DNA of 64,000 nucleotides, taken from NCBI GenBank assembly GCA_036504755.1, contig DASXUP010000013.1:8976-72975 (forward strand), in the 5' to 3' direction. Source of the DNA: Coriobacteriia bacterium (GTDB lineage: Bacteria > Actinomycetota > Coriobacteriia > Anaerosomatales > JAJZPX01). Positions within the stretch are counted from its first letter, which is position 1. Each line of letters starts with the position of its first letter. Below the pieces are notes generated by a model, which did not search any database, was not told the origin of the DNA, and worked only from the letters and a program-made list of their open reading frames with translations. Below are positions 42,724-52,564 of this stretch, in pieces. The translations under genes were made by a program, and so were the position numbers.

Positions 42724-44097
42724 ATGGCTTCGCTCCCCGACATCGCACGCGCGACAGTCCGCCGCCACGACATGCTGCCGGAAGGCTCCGTGGTGCTAGC
42801 GATGGTGTCGGGCGGAGCGGATTCCACGTCCCTGCTGCGTCTCCTGCACGCCGGCGGGTTCGGCGCGCTGGACGTGCGCGTGCTGCACGTGAACCACCTC
42901 CTGCGAGGGGCCGACTCCGATGCCGACGCCGCGTTCGTCGAGGACTTGTGCGAGCGGCTCGCCGTTCCGTGCCGCGTCGTGCGCTACGACGTCTCCGCGT
43001 ATGCCGCCGAGGAAGGCCTCAACCTCGAGGACGCGGGCCGCCGCGTCCGCTACCGCTTCGCGGATGAGGAGCTCGACGCGGCCGCTGGGCCCGGCGAGGG
43101 CCGCATCGCCGTGGCACACACGCTCGACGACAACGCCGAGACGTTCCTCATGCGCGTGCTCACGGGCGCCGGTGCGGGCGGGCTCGCCGCGATCCCGCCC
43201 GTGCGCGGCCGCATCGTGCGCCCGCTGCTCGACGCCAGGCGCGCCGACGTCGTCGAGTACCTTCGCGAGCTGGCGCAGGAGTGGCGCGAGGACGCCACTA
43301 ACGCCGATACGTCCCGGCTCCGGGCGCGCATCCGCCACGAGGTCGTGCCCGCGCTCGAAGCGGTCGACCCGCGGTTCCCGGGCACCCTCGGCCGTTCCCT
43401 CGCGCTGCTCGCCGATGACGACGCGCTGCTCGCCGGTATGGCCGAGGGCTTCGCCGACGCCTTCGGCGAGCAGCAGGCGGGGGGAGTGTCGCTGGACCTC
43501 GCGCTCATGCGCACGCTCAGCCGAGCGATGGCGCGCCGCGTCGTGCGCACCGCTCTGCTCAGGGCCTTTCCCGATGCGGCGCGGCTCGAGGCTTCGCACG
43601 TCGATGCGGTCGTCGACGGCCTCGCGTCCGACGCGTTCGCGCGCGACCTCCCGTTCGGCCTGCGTGCGTTCGTCGAGTGCGGTAGAATGTTCGTCTCGCG
43701 GCAGCCGGGACCGCGACCGCCCGTTCCACCCGCCCTGCTTGACATCCCGGGCACCGCCGACCTCGGCGAAGCGGGGAGTATCGACGCCGAGGAGACGACC
43801 CCGGGAGACGTCCTCGCCGACCCCTCCTCGGCCGTGATCGACGCGGGGCGGATCGACGGCCCGCTGGTGGTCGACGGGCCGCACGAGGGGGACCGCATCC
43901 GACCCCTCGGCATGACCGGCACGAAGAAGCTGTCGGACCTGCTGCAGGAGGCGGAAGTGCCTCGGCGGGAGCGGGCGGCGACGCCGGTGGTGAGGAACGG
44001 GAAGGACGTGGTTTGGGTCGCGGGCGTACGGATGAGCGAGGACTACCGCGTGACCGCTTCCACGACACGTGCGGTACGGTTGAGCTGGCGACGATGA
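42724..44097 (+). CDS. tilS: tRNA(Ile)-lysidine synthase
   Basis: PP-loop [40 protein letters not shown], and C-terminal [17 protein letters not shown]. Confidence 0.9.
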   Translation: MASLPDIARATVRRHDMLPEGSVVLAMVSGGADSTSLLRLLHAGGFGALDVRVLHVNHLLRGADSDADAAFVEDLCERLAVPCRVVRYDVSAYAAEEGLNLEDAGRRVRYRFADEELDAAAGPGEGRIAVAHTLDDNAETFLMRVLTGAGAGGLAAIPPVRGRIVRPLLDARRADVVEYLRELAQEWREDATNADTSRLRARIRHEVVPALEAVDPRFPGTLGRSLALLADDDALLAGMAEGFADAFGEQQAGGVSLDLALMRTLSRAMARRVVRTALLRAFPDAARLEASHVDAVVDGLASDAFARDLPFGLRAFVECGRMFVSRQPGPRPPVPPALLDIPGTADLGEAGSIDAEETTPGDVLADPSSAVIDAGRIDGPLVVDGPHEGDRIRPLGMTGTKKLSDLLQEAEVPRRERAATPVVRNGKDVVWVAGVRMSEDYRVTASTTRAVRLSWRR

Positions 44098-44125
44098 GGT
44101 CGAGTCAGGAAGGAAGCGCTCGTCG

Positions 44126-44665
44126 ATGCACCCGGATGTGAAAGAAGTGATCCTCTCCGAGGAGCAGCTCCGCCGGCGCGTGCACGAGCTGGGAGCGGAG
44201 ATCACGCGCGACTACGCGGGCGAGAGCGTGCTGCTCGTGGCGGTCCTGCGCGGTGCCGCGTTGTTCATGGCGGACCTCGCCCGTGAGATCTCGGTCCCCG
44301 TGGAGATGGACTTCATGGCCGTCTCCAGCTACGGCAGCTCGACCAAGTCCTCCGGGGTCGTGCGGATACTGAAGGATCTCGACGAACTGATCGAGGACCG
44401 TAACGTGCTCGTCGTCGAGGACATCCTGGACACCGGCCTCACGTTGAAATACCTGCTGAAGAACCTGGCGAGCCGCAAGCCGCGCTCGCTGGAGGTCTGT
44501 GCGCTGCTGAGCAAAGAGGGTAAGCAGCGGGTACCTATCCAGTGCAAGTACGTCGGTTTCGGCATCCCCGACGAGTTCGTCGTGGGATATGGCCTGGACT
44601 TTGCGGAACGGTATCGAAACCTCCCGTACATCGGGATCCTCAAGCCCGAGGCGTACGCCGAGTAG
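44126..44665 (+). CDS. hpt: Hypoxanthine phosphoribosyltransferase
   Basis: [32 protein letters not shown] (PRPP loop) and [22 protein letters not shown]. Confidence 0.95.
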   Translation: MHPDVKEVILSEEQLRRRVHELGAEITRDYAGESVLLVAVLRGAALFMADLAREISVPVEMDFMAVSSYGSSTKSSGVVRILKDLDELIEDRNVLVVEDILDTGLTLKYLLKNLASRKPRSLEVCALLSKEGKQRVPIQCKYVGFGIPDEFVVGYGLDFAERYRNLPYIGILKPEAYAE

Positions 44666-44701
44666 GCGGGACGCTCGCACCAGGCCGAAGGAGGACTGGA
44701 T

Positions 44702-46672
44702 TTGAACAAGAACGTGCGAACCATCGCACTCTATCTGCTGATCATCGTGGCGCTGGCGTTCTTCGTCGCGAACTGGGGGAGCACGAGCAGCAAGCCTGTC
44801 GCGCTGACGTACTCGCCCGATCTGGTGGACGCGATCAAGGGCGGGCGGGTGCACGACATCACCGTGCTCGCGAAGGACCGGAAGCTCGAAGGCAAGTACT
44901 GGACGCGGTCGCGGTTCGTCGGCGAAGAGAAGATGCTCGTGTCGTTCACCTCGGCGTACTTCAGCGACGACGGCTTCAACTCCCTCGTCGCCCAGTACCA
45001 GGCGAAGACCGGCATGAAGGTGACGGTCGACGCTCAGGAGACCCCCGCGTGGATCCCGATCGTGAGCTCCGTGCTGCCAATAGCGTTGCTGTTCCTGCTG
45101 ATGTTCTGGTTCATGCAGCAGATGCAGGGCGGCAACAGCCGCATCATGTCCTTCGGCAAGGCCAAGGCTAAGCGCATGACGCGCGACCAGCCGCGCATCA
45201 CGTTCAAGGACGTGGCCGGCGCGGACGAGGCCGTCGAGGAGCTGCAGGAGATCAAGGAGTTCCTGGCCAACCCCGGCAAGTTCCAGGCCCTGGGTGCGAA
45301 GATCCCGAAGGGCGTGCTGCTGGTGGGGCCTCCAGGCACGGGTAAGACGCTGCTGGCCCGCGCCGTCGCGGGCGAGGCCGCGGTGCCCTTCTTCTCGATC
45401 TCCGGCTCGGATTTCGTCGAGATGTTCGTCGGCGTGGGCGCTTCCCGCGTGCGCGACCTGTTCGAGCAGGCGAAGGCCGCCTCGCCGTGCATCATCTTCA
45501 TGGACGAGATCGACGCGGTCGGCCGCCAGCGCGGCGCCGGCCTCGGCGGCGGCCACGACGAGCGCGAGCAGACCCTGAACCAGCTGCTAGTCGAGATGGA
45601 CGGCTTCGACATCAAGGACAACATCATCCTCATCGCCGCGACCAACCGCCCGGACATCCTCGACCCGGCGCTGCTGCGCCCGGGCCGTTTCGACCGGCAG
45701 ATCGTCGTGGACCGCCCCGACCTCAAGGGCCGCACCGGCATCCTGAAGGTGCACGCGCGGGGCAAGCCCCTCGCCGAGGGCGTCGACCTCGAGGTCCTCG
45801 CCCGCCGGACGCCCGGCTTCACCGGCGCCGACTTGGCGAACCTCATCAACGAGGCCGCGCTCCTCTCCGCCCGCCATGGCGCGAAAGACATCTCCATGGA
45901 GGAACTCGAGGAGTCGATCGACCGCGTGATCGCCGGTCCGGAGCGCAAGACGCGCCTGATCTCGGACCAGGAGAAGCGGGTCATCGCCTACCACGAATCG
46001 GGTCACGCCCTCGTCGGCCACGTGCTGCCGAACACCGACCCGATCCACAAGATCTCGATAATCCCCCGCGGCCAGGCGCTCGGCTACACGCTGGCCCTGC
46101 CCACCGAGGACAAGTTCCTCGTGACGCGCGGCGAGATGGTGGACAACCTCGCGATGTTCCTCGGCGGCCGCGTGGCCGAGGAGGTTGCGACGGGCGACGT
46201 GACCACGGGTGCGTCCAACGACATCGAGCGCGCCACCAAGATGGCGAAGCAGATGGTCACCCGCTACGGCATGTCCGAGAAGCTGGGGCCGCAGACGTTC
46301 GGCGAGGCGAACCACGAGGTCTTCCTCGGCCGTGACTTCTCGGCGAACGCGGACTACTCCCAAGAGATCGCGTTCGAGATCGACAAGGAGGTGCGTCGCC
46401 TCATCGACGACGCCTACACCCGCTCCCACACGATCCTGGAGGAACGCCGCGAGCAGCTCGACCTGATGGCGCGCGTGCTCATCGAGCGCGAGACCGTCGA
46501 CAAGGAGGAGCTGGCGGCGCTGCTGGACAACCGCTGGGAGGAGTACCTCGCCAAGGAGCAGGAGTCGCAGGACTCGGGCGACGCCGAGCCCGGCGCGGGC
46601 GAGGAGAAGCCGAAGCGCGAGCGCAAGCCGCGCACCGAGCCGGGAGCGAAGCTGCGTCCTGTCATCGAGTAA
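44702..46672 (+). CDS. ftsH: ATP-dependent zinc metalloprotease FtsH
   Basis: TTG start with a GAAGGAGG ribosome-binding site. [40 protein letters not shown] (SRH) and the HESGHA zinc site. Confidence 0.97.
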   Translation: MNKNVRTIALYLLIIVALAFFVANWGSTSSKPVALTYSPDLVDAIKGGRVHDITVLAKDRKLEGKYWTRSRFVGEEKMLVSFTSAYFSDDGFNSLVAQYQAKTGMKVTVDAQETPAWIPIVSSVLPIALLFLLMFWFMQQMQGGNSRIMSFGKAKAKRMTRDQPRITFKDVAGADEAVEELQEIKEFLANPGKFQALGAKIPKGVLLVGPPGTGKTLLARAVAGEAAVPFFSISGSDFVEMFVGVGASRVRDLFEQAKAASPCIIFMDEIDAVGRQRGAGLGGGHDEREQTLNQLLVEMDGFDIKDNIILIAATNRPDILDPALLRPGRFDRQIVVDRPDLKGRTGILKVHARGKPLAEGVDLEVLARRTPGFTGADLANLINEAALLSARHGAKDISMEELEESIDRVIAGPERKTRLISDQEKRVIAYHESGHALVGHVLPNTDPIHKISIIPRGQALGYTLALPTEDKFLVTRGEMVDNLAMFLGGRVAEEVATGDVTTGASNDIERATKMAKQMVTRYGMSEKLGPQTFGEANHEVFLGRDFSANADYSQEIAFEIDKEVRRLIDDAYTRSHTILEERREQLDLMARVLIERETVDKEELAALLDNRWEEYLAKEQESQDSGDAEPGAGEEKPKRERKPRTEPGAKLRPVIE

Positions 46673-46699
46673 CGGCAAGACACGCCAAGAGACTGCCGA

Positions 46700-46732
46700 G
46701 AGGCCCCGCCCGGAAAGGGCGGGGCCTCTTTC
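46700..46732 (+). terminator. Rho-independent terminator after ftsH
   Basis: GAGGCCCCGCCC-GGAAA-GGGCGGGGCCTC is a perfect 12-bp stem followed by TTTC, 28 nt after the ftsH stop. Confidence 0.7.
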
Positions 46733-46809
46733 GCTCCCCGGGCGTCGCGAACGACTCGCCCGGGCTATTTGGGTACTTCTGTCATTGGAGAGGCGAAGGC
46801 GTTACTGTT

Positions 46810-48081
46810 ATGAGAAGCCGACGCATGTTTCTTCGGGGGGAGGACCGCGTGGAGGAACCTTCTACGCGTCCCGTCGAAGTCGACGGGACGTCAGCACGCG
46901 CAGGGCTCGAGGGCGGAGGGCCGCTCGGGGGGTTGGGAAGCCCCCGGACGCGCGGCCGCCTTCTTGCCGCCGCCGTAGGGAAGCCTGCCGACTTCGTGGG
47001 GTCGCTCGCCGAGGTCGCGTCCGTCGTCTCATCGCGCAGCTCGATCGGCGAGGTGCTGCAGCGGGTCGTCGACGAGGCGAAGGTCCTCGTGCGGTGCCGC
47101 AAGTCCTTCCTCCTGCTCTTCGACGAGACCGAGGAGCGCCCGCGGATGGGAGCCTCCGTGGTCGTCGTCCGCGGCAGCCGCGACCAGTACCCGGAGGAGT
47201 GGTGGCAGTCGTGCGTCGATGACATCGGCCCCCAGGTGTCGGACTCCGGTTTGCCGATGCTGGTGGAGGACGCTCGGCACAACGCAGCCCTCGTGTGCGT
47301 GCCGATACGTGCTCACGACCGCTCGATAGGCCTGCTCTCGGCCATCAACAGCCGCACCCGCAGTTTCACCGAGGAGCAGATCACGCTGCTCGCCGTGCTC
47401 GGCGCGTTCGCGGGTGTCGCGATCGAGAACGCCCGCCTCCGAGCGCAGTCCGAATACGCGCTGCTCGCCGGGGAACGGAACCGCATCGCCAAGGAGATGC
47501 ATGACGGGCTCGCGCAGTCGCTGTTCAGCGCTTCGCTCGCGCTCGAGGTGTGCAAGCGCCGCTCCCGGGCCCACCCCGACGAGGTGGAGGAGAAGTTGGG
47601 CGAGACACAGCAGCTTCTGTCCGAAAGTCTCACCGAGTTGCGGCGCTACATCTTCGACCTTCGGCCGGTGAGTCTCGAGCGGCTTGGGCTCGCCGGCGCG
47701 ATCCGCTCCAAGATCGAGGAGGTCGTCCGATCGGGGAGGCTGACGGGCGAGCTGGTCGTGACGGGCAAGGAGCGTTCGCTGTCACCCTCCGTCGAGGCGT
47801 GCCTGTACCGGATCACCCAGGAGGCTGTCGCCAACGCGGTCAAGCACGCTCACGCGGCGTCGGTCATCGTGACGCTCACCTACGCGAAGGACACGGTGGA
47901 ACTGCTGATCGAGGACGACGGGGACGGGTTCGACGTCGCGGAGGCGGCGGCGCGGGCGGAGAGCGGCCGCTCGCTGGGCCTGCGCAGCATGCGCGACCGC
48001 GTCGCAGCCGAGGCGGGCCGGTTCCGGATCTACAGCGCGCAGCGGGGCGGCACCAACGTGTGGGTGACCGTGCCGTGCTAG
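46810..48081 (+). CDS. Cytoplasmic GAF-domain sensor histidine kinase (HisKA_3 / NarL-partner type)
   Basis: No TM segment. GAF-like VCVPIRAHDRSIGLLSAIN...FTEEQITLLAVLGAFAGVAIENARL. H-box ERNRIAKEMHDGLAQSL. ATPase motifs EAVANAVKHA, DDGDGF and GLRSMRDR. Confidence 0.85.
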   Translation: MRSRRMFLRGEDRVEEPSTRPVEVDGTSARAGLEGGGPLGGLGSPRTRGRLLAAAVGKPADFVGSLAEVASVVSSRSSIGEVLQRVVDEAKVLVRCRKSFLLLFDETEERPRMGASVVVVRGSRDQYPEEWWQSCVDDIGPQVSDSGLPMLVEDARHNAALVCVPIRAHDRSIGLLSAINSRTRSFTEEQITLLAVLGAFAGVAIENARLRAQSEYALLAGERNRIAKEMHDGLAQSLFSASLALEVCKRRSRAHPDEVEEKLGETQQLLSESLTELRRYIFDLRPVSLERLGLAGAIRSKIEEVVRSGRLTGELVVTGKERSLSPSVEACLYRITQEAVANAVKHAHAASVIVTLTYAKDTVELLIEDDGDGFDVAEAAARAESGRSLGLRSMRDRVAAEAGRFRIYSAQRGGTNVWVTVPC

Positions 48082-48743
48082 AGGAGCCTCGCGGCGGCAC
48101 CATCCGCGTCGTCCTCGCTGATGACCACGAGCTCGTGCGGCGTGGGCTCCGCATGGTGCTCGACGCCGAAGACGACATCGCGGTCGTGGCCGAGGCGGCG
48201 GACTGCGACGAGGCCGTGCGCCGCACGCTCGAAGAGAGGCCTGACGTCCTTCTACTCGACCTGCGCATGCCCGGCAGCGGTGCCGCCGACGTGTGCCGTC
48301 GGGTGATAGACCAGGGCGGAGGGACGCGCGTCATGGTGCTCTCGACCTTCGACGACGACGCGGACGTCTACGCGGTGATGGAGGCGGGTGCGAGCGGATA
48401 CCTCCTGAAGAGCGTAGCGCCCGACGCGCTCGCGCGGTCGATCCGCGGGGTGGCCGACGGAAGCGTCGTCATGGATCCCGATGTCGCGCATCGCCTCATG
48501 CGGCTGCGGCGCGAGCCGGGGTGCCCGGATTCGCCCGACGCGCTGTCCGGGCGCGAGCTCGAAGTCCTGGCCCTGATGGCGCGCGGGATGAAGAACCGGG
48601 AGATCGCGCGGGAGATGTGGATCAGCGAGAGCACCGTGAAGACCCACGTGGGCCGGGTCATACGGAAGCTCGGGCAGCGTGACCGCACCCAGGCGGTTCT
48701 CCGCGCCATCCAAGCCGGGCTCGTGAGCGTCGACCCCTCCTGA
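48075..48743 (+). CDS. NarL/LuxR-family response regulator
   Basis: GTG 48075 overlaps the kinase end by 7 nt. VVLADDHELVRRGL, DVLLLDLRMPG, GYLLKS, and HTH motif LSGRELEVLALMARGMKNREIAREMWISESTVKTHV. Confidence 0.9.
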   Translation: MLEEPRGGTIRVVLADDHELVRRGLRMVLDAEDDIAVVAEAADCDEAVRRTLEERPDVLLLDLRMPGSGAADVCRRVIDQGGGTRVMVLSTFDDDADVYAVMEAGASGYLLKSVAPDALARSIRGVADGSVVMDPDVAHRLMRLRREPGCPDSPDALSGRELEVLALMARGMKNREIAREMWISESTVKTHVGRVIRKLGQRDRTQAVLRAIQAGLVSVDPS

Positions 48744-48876
48744 GCCTGGCCCGGCCGCGGTCATCCGAAAGTACCATCGCGAATCATCCTCCTGCCGCCC
48801 GGGCGGTACTCCCGATGCTGTTTGATGGCTCCCGCTCCCAGGTAGATTCTCGGTATCCATCGGCCGGGGGGCAGCA

Positions 48877-49263
48877 GTGGAGCGGGCAAGGATCCTCATA
48901 GTCGACGACCACGCCGAGGTGATCCTCGGCCTTCGGCAGCTGATCGAGACGGATGAGGCCAGCGAGGTCGTCGGGGAGGCCACGAGCGCCGGTCAGGCGG
49001 TCGAGCGCGCGCGCAAACTTCGGCCGGACATCGTGCTCATGGACTTCTCGATGGGCGACATGGACGGGCTCGAGGCCGCGTCCCTGATCCGCGAGGAGAA
49101 CCCTTCCACCGAGGTCGTCATCTTGAGCGTGTACGAGGCTGACGAGCACGAGGAGCGCGTCCGGCAGGCGGGCGTGCGGCGGTGGATCCCCAAGAGCCAG
49201 CCGCCCGACGTGTTGCTTCAAGAGCTGCACGAGCTCGCGGGCGAGCTGCACCAGCGTCTCTGA
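48877..49263 (+). CDS. Stand-alone CheY-like receiver protein (no output domain) immediately upstream of flp
   Basis: GTG start with a GGGGGG ribosome-binding site. ILIVDDHAEV, DIVLMDFSMGDMDG and VVILSVY. It ends after about 128 aa. Confidence 0.8.
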   Translation: MERARILIVDDHAEVILGLRQLIETDEASEVVGEATSAGQAVERARKLRPDIVLMDFSMGDMDGLEAASLIREENPSTEVVILSVYEADEHEERVRQAGVRRWIPKSQPPDVLLQELHELAGELHQRL

Positions 49264-49295
49264 TCGGGACTACCTCTGGAGGGGGGTGTTTTCGA

Positions 49296-49472
49296 ATGTT
49301 GACGAAGCTGTACGTGAGGTGCACGACCGCGCTGCGCAGCGAGGAGGGCTCGACCGGTGTCGAGTACGCGATCCTCGTCGCGGTCATCGCCGTGGCGGTC
49401 GCTCTGGGAGCGACCGCTGTCGCCGGGAAGATCCCGTCCACCTTCGATGTGATAGTCGGCTATCTCAAGTAG
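49296..49472 (+). CDS. flp: Flp-family type IVb prepilin, copy 1 (58 aa)
   Basis: GGAGGGGGG ribosome-binding site. MLTKLYVRCTTALRSEEG/STGVEYAILVAVIAVAVALGATAV... carries the G-x4-EY Flp processing motif plus a hydrophobic helix. Confidence 0.85.
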   Translation: MLTKLYVRCTTALRSEEGSTGVEYAILVAVIAVAVALGATAVAGKIPSTFDVIVGYLK

Positions 49473-49485
49473 TGAGGAGAACGGC

Positions 49486-49662
49486 ATGTTGACGAAGCTG
49501 TACGTGAGGTGCACGACCGCGCTGCACAGCGAGGAGGGCTCGACCGGTGTCGAGTACGCGATCCTCGTCGCGGTCATCGCCGTGGCGGTCGCTCTGGGCG
49601 CCACCGCTGTAGCCCCGAAGATCCCGACGACCTTCAACGCGATCGTCGGGTACCTGAAGTAG
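49486..49662 (+). CDS. flp: Flp-family type IVb prepilin, copy 2 (58 aa; below the ORF-track size cut-off)
   Basis: GAGGAGAA ribosome-binding site. My own translation: MLTKLYVRCTTALHSEEGSTGVEYAILVAVIAVAVALGATAVAPKIPTTFNAIVGYLK, stop TAG 49660..49662. Confidence 0.85.
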   Translation: MLTKLYVRCTTALHSEEGSTGVEYAILVAVIAVAVALGATAVAPKIPTTFNAIVGYLK

Positions 49663-49674
49663 GCGTTCGAGCGC

Positions 49675-49703
49675 AACGGCGGCCCGCTGGGCGGGCCGCC
49701 GTT
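49675..49703 (+). terminator. Strong hairpin after flp copy 2 (terminator/attenuator candidate)
   Basis: AACGGCGGCCCGC-TGG-GCGGGCCGCCGTT is a perfect 13-bp stem followed by CTTGC, a weak U tract. It lies between flp and tadE. Confidence 0.5.
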
Positions 49704-49734
49704 CTTGCTCGAAGTGAAGAGGTGTGATGTGACC

Positions 49735-50142
49735 ATGTCGACCGATATGCCGCGCATGCGCGAAGAGACCGGCGCCGCCGCCGTCGAGTTCGCGCTCGTG
49801 GTCGTTCTGCTCTTCATGCTGCTGCTCGGCATCATGCAGTTCGGGCTCACGATGTCGCAGTGGCTGCAGGTCGTGCACTCGGCGCGCGAGGGTGCTCGCT
49901 GGGCCGCACTTCAGGCACCGGAGAGCGAAGTCCGCACTCGTGTGGCGAATGCCGCGACGCCCATCACGCCCAAGCGCATCGATATATCGCCCGGCGATTA
50001 CGCCACCCCGGCCGGCATCGGCAAGCCCGTGACTGTCACGGTCTACTACGATCCCGCCGTCATATCGCCTCTCTTCGGCGGGCTGATGGGCATCGCCGGT
50101 ATCCCCGAGCTGAAGAGCTCGGCGACGCTGAGGGTGGACTGA
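49735..50142 (+). CDS. tadE: TadE-like minor pilin / pilus assembly protein
   Basis: REETGAAAVEFALVVVLLFMLLLGIMQFG is the TadE N-terminal motif. An alternative GTG start lies at 49729. Confidence 0.8.
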   Translation: MSTDMPRMREETGAAAVEFALVVVLLFMLLLGIMQFGLTMSQWLQVVHSAREGARWAALQAPESEVRTRVANAATPITPKRIDISPGDYATPAGIGKPVTVTVYYDPAVISPLFGGLMGIAGIPELKSSATLRVD

Positions 50143-50147
50143 GACGG

Positions 50148-51749
50148 ATGAAGGACTCCCGGGATCGGCTTCGAGACGACGAGGGTGCGGTCGCGATCAT
50201 CGTCGTCATCCTGTTCGTGGTGTTCCTCGGTCTTGCCGCGCTCGCCATCGACGTGGGTTACTACTACAACGTCCGACGGCAGCTTCAGGCGGCGGCGGAC
50301 GCGGGAGCCCTTGCGGGCGCCATGGAGCTGAAGATGTCGGGCGACGCGGCGGTCGCCGATTCCCAGGCCCGGCAACTCGTCGCGGCCAACGGGCAGGCCC
50401 CGGGTGACGGCGTACGGGTCGAGTCGGTGATCGTCGGCTCGGACTACTGCCAGGTCACCGTAGCGAAGAACGCCCCGCTCTTCTTCGGCGCGGCCGCCGG
50501 CCAGTCTGGCGGCCCCCTGATCAGGGCCATGTCCCGTGCGAAGCTGTCCTTGCTCACCGGCATGAAGGGCATCGTGCCTTGGTTCCTGCCGGTGATAGTG
50601 CCAACCTCGGTGCGCGCCCAACTCTCAGGCGGCGGTAATGGGGTCGAGCTGACGCCCGCGGGCGGCAACACCTTCAGCAGCGGATGGGATCCGGGCCTCG
50701 GCGTGTCGATGACGACGGCGGCTGGCAAGGCCGGCAAGGGGCCGACCCGAACGGTGTATGGGCGACTCGTCGACTACGTCGCGCGCAACGCCTACGGAGT
50801 CGAGCAGCGCCTGGACGGCGCGTCCAGCATCGTGGTCCTTCCGGACGACAGCCCTATCGACGCGATCAGGATCGACCCGCACATGGTCGGCGTCGGCGGG
50901 GGCTTCGACCTTGTGGTCGAAGTGAACGCGCGTGCCGCCGAGGCGCCCAAGGCCACCATGGCCGGGGGCTCCATCGGCGGGCCCTCGCCGTCCGGCGCCG
51001 GGGCGAGCACCTACACCTTCCACGGCGTCGCGACCTCCGAGGGCGGCGACCGCATCACCATCAGTGTCGCCGAGCGGCCGGCCGGCAGCGCTCTCGCGAG
51101 CGCGGGCGTGTTCGTCGTCCAGGACGCTGCGGTGGTGGCCGTCACCTCGGCAACATCGCTCTTCCGCGACCTGGAGATCGGGCCGACCTGCTTCAAGGGC
51201 TCCTCGGGCGGCTCTCTGTACACGCTGAAGATGACCACGCTCGACGGCTTCTTGGCCGGCGAGGCGTACAGCCTGAAGGTCGGGTCCGGCGACGTGCTGA
51301 GCGGGAACTTCCAGGCCCTCGCCTTGGGCGGCACGGGGGCCAGCGACTACCGGACGAACATCGCCCAAGGCTATCCGGGGACCGTCTACATCGGGCAGCT
51401 GCTGAGCTCGGAGCCGGGGAACATGGTCGGTCCCACGGCCGGCGGGTTGAGGGACCGCATCGGAATGGATGCGCACTCGACGTACGCGTCGTGGGTGGCC
51501 GCCGGCAGCCCGCCTTGTCCGCGGATCGTCTACGTGCCGATCTGCGAGTGGACCGCGCAGCCCTTGGGGCGATCCGAGCCGGTCATCGTCCGCGGCTTCG
51601 CGGCGTTCTTCGTCGAGGGGGATCCGAGCGGCACCTCGACCGGCATCTTCATCCAGTACGTCGCCCCGGGCATCCCGGGCCCGGATCCGCCTCCATTCCT
51701 GAAAGCGCTGATGACCGCGCGCCTCGTGTCCGAGGGCGTGACCTTCTAG
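50148..51749 (+). CDS. TadG-like (TadE/G-like N-terminus) large pilus-associated protein
   Basis: ATG 50148 is in frame with track ORF 49860..51749. DEGAVAIIVVILFVVFLGLAALAIDVGYYYNVRRQLQAAADAGALAG is the pilus-assembly TadE/G-like motif. I do not recognise the ~450-aa C-terminal part. Confidence 0.75.
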   Translation: MKDSRDRLRDDEGAVAIIVVILFVVFLGLAALAIDVGYYYNVRRQLQAAADAGALAGAMELKMSGDAAVADSQARQLVAANGQAPGDGVRVESVIVGSDYCQVTVAKNAPLFFGAAAGQSGGPLIRAMSRAKLSLLTGMKGIVPWFLPVIVPTSVRAQLSGGGNGVELTPAGGNTFSSGWDPGLGVSMTTAAGKAGKGPTRTVYGRLVDYVARNAYGVEQRLDGASSIVVLPDDSPIDAIRIDPHMVGVGGGFDLVVEVNARAAEAPKATMAGGSIGGPSPSGAGASTYTFHGVATSEGGDRITISVAERPAGSALASAGVFVVQDAAVVAVTSATSLFRDLEIGPTCFKGSSGGSLYTLKMTTLDGFLAGEAYSLKVGSGDVLSGNFQALALGGTGASDYRTNIAQGYPGTVYIGQLLSSEPGNMVGPTAGGLRDRIGMDAHSTYASWVAAGSPPCPRIVYVPICEWTAQPLGRSEPVIVRGFAAFFVEGDPSGTSTGIFIQYVAPGIPGPDPPPFLKALMTARLVSEGVTF

Positions 51750-51785
51750 AAGCTCGAAACGGCACACGGCGATAGGAGAACAACG

Positions 51786-52553
51786 ATGAGGTCGAGATGG
51801 ATCATCCTGATCGCGGCCGCCGCCCTCGGGATCCTCGCCGCGGCATTGGCCGGGCGCTACCTCGCGGCAGTCCGCAGTCAGGCTCTCGCGGGTGCGAAGC
51901 CGGTCGAGGTGCTCGTGGCCAAGGAGGACATCCCCAAGGGGCTGACGGCGGACGAGATCCGCGCACAGGGTCTGACCGAGACGCGGAAGGTGCCTCAGCA
52001 GTACCTGTCGGCCAGTGCGATCTCGACCATGAAGGCCGTCGACGGCCAGGTCCTCGCCGTGTCGCTCGGAAAGGGCGAACAGCTGACGACGAACCGCTTC
52101 CAGTTCTCGTCTCAGGCCGGTCTTTCCTTCGGGGTGCCGAAAGGGATGGTGGCACTGTCGCTCGCTTCCGATGAGGTGCGCGGCATCGCCGGCCTCGTGA
52201 AGACGGGCGACAACGTCGTCGTCATCGCGAGCGTCAAGACCGACGCGAACGATGAGAACAGCTGGAAGACACGCGTCCTCGTCGACGGCGCGCGCGTCCT
52301 TGCCACGGGACATACGACCGGCGTGGAGGCCAAGAGCGCGAAGAGCGCGGATCAAGGCGTCGCGTTCGCGGCCAAGGCAGACGACAAGCAGGTCGTCCCG
52401 AGCAGCATCACGCTGGCCCTCTCGCCCGATCAGATGGAGCGCGTGGTCCTCGCTCAGGAGGTCGGGCGCGTGTGGCTGGCGCTGCTGCCCACTGAAGAGA
52501 AGGCGTTGGTGGTCAAGACGAGCGGGCAGGTCCGCGCGACGGTGCTGAAGTGA
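51786..52553 (+). CDS. cpaB: Flp pilus assembly protein CpaB (SAF domain)
   Basis: TAGGAGAA ribosome-binding site. N-terminal TM segment WIILIAAAALGILAAALAG. VEVLVAKEDIPKGLTL.. is SAF-like, plus GEQLTTNRF. Confidence 0.9.
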   Translation: MRSRWIILIAAAALGILAAALAGRYLAAVRSQALAGAKPVEVLVAKEDIPKGLTADEIRAQGLTETRKVPQQYLSASAISTMKAVDGQVLAVSLGKGEQLTTNRFQFSSQAGLSFGVPKGMVALSLASDEVRGIAGLVKTGDNVVVIASVKTDANDENSWKTRVLVDGARVLATGHTTGVEAKSAKSADQGVAFAAKADDKQVVPSSITLALSPDQMERVVLAQEVGRVWLALLPTEEKALVVKTSGQVRATVLK

Positions 52554-52564
52554 AGGGGGAGACG

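Larger units (their letters stand above)
49296..49662 (+). repeat. 190-bp tandem duplication carrying the two flp genes
   Basis: The first ~112 nt of both genes are identical except for one base (cgc/cac, R14H). The last ~60 nt differ at many positions. Confidence 0.85.

Noticed and set aside
44105-46678. Minus-strand ORFs 44105..45556 and 45587..46678, antisense to hpt and ftsH
   Set aside because: hpt and ftsH are unambiguous on the plus strand. The antisense frames have shadow-ORF composition.
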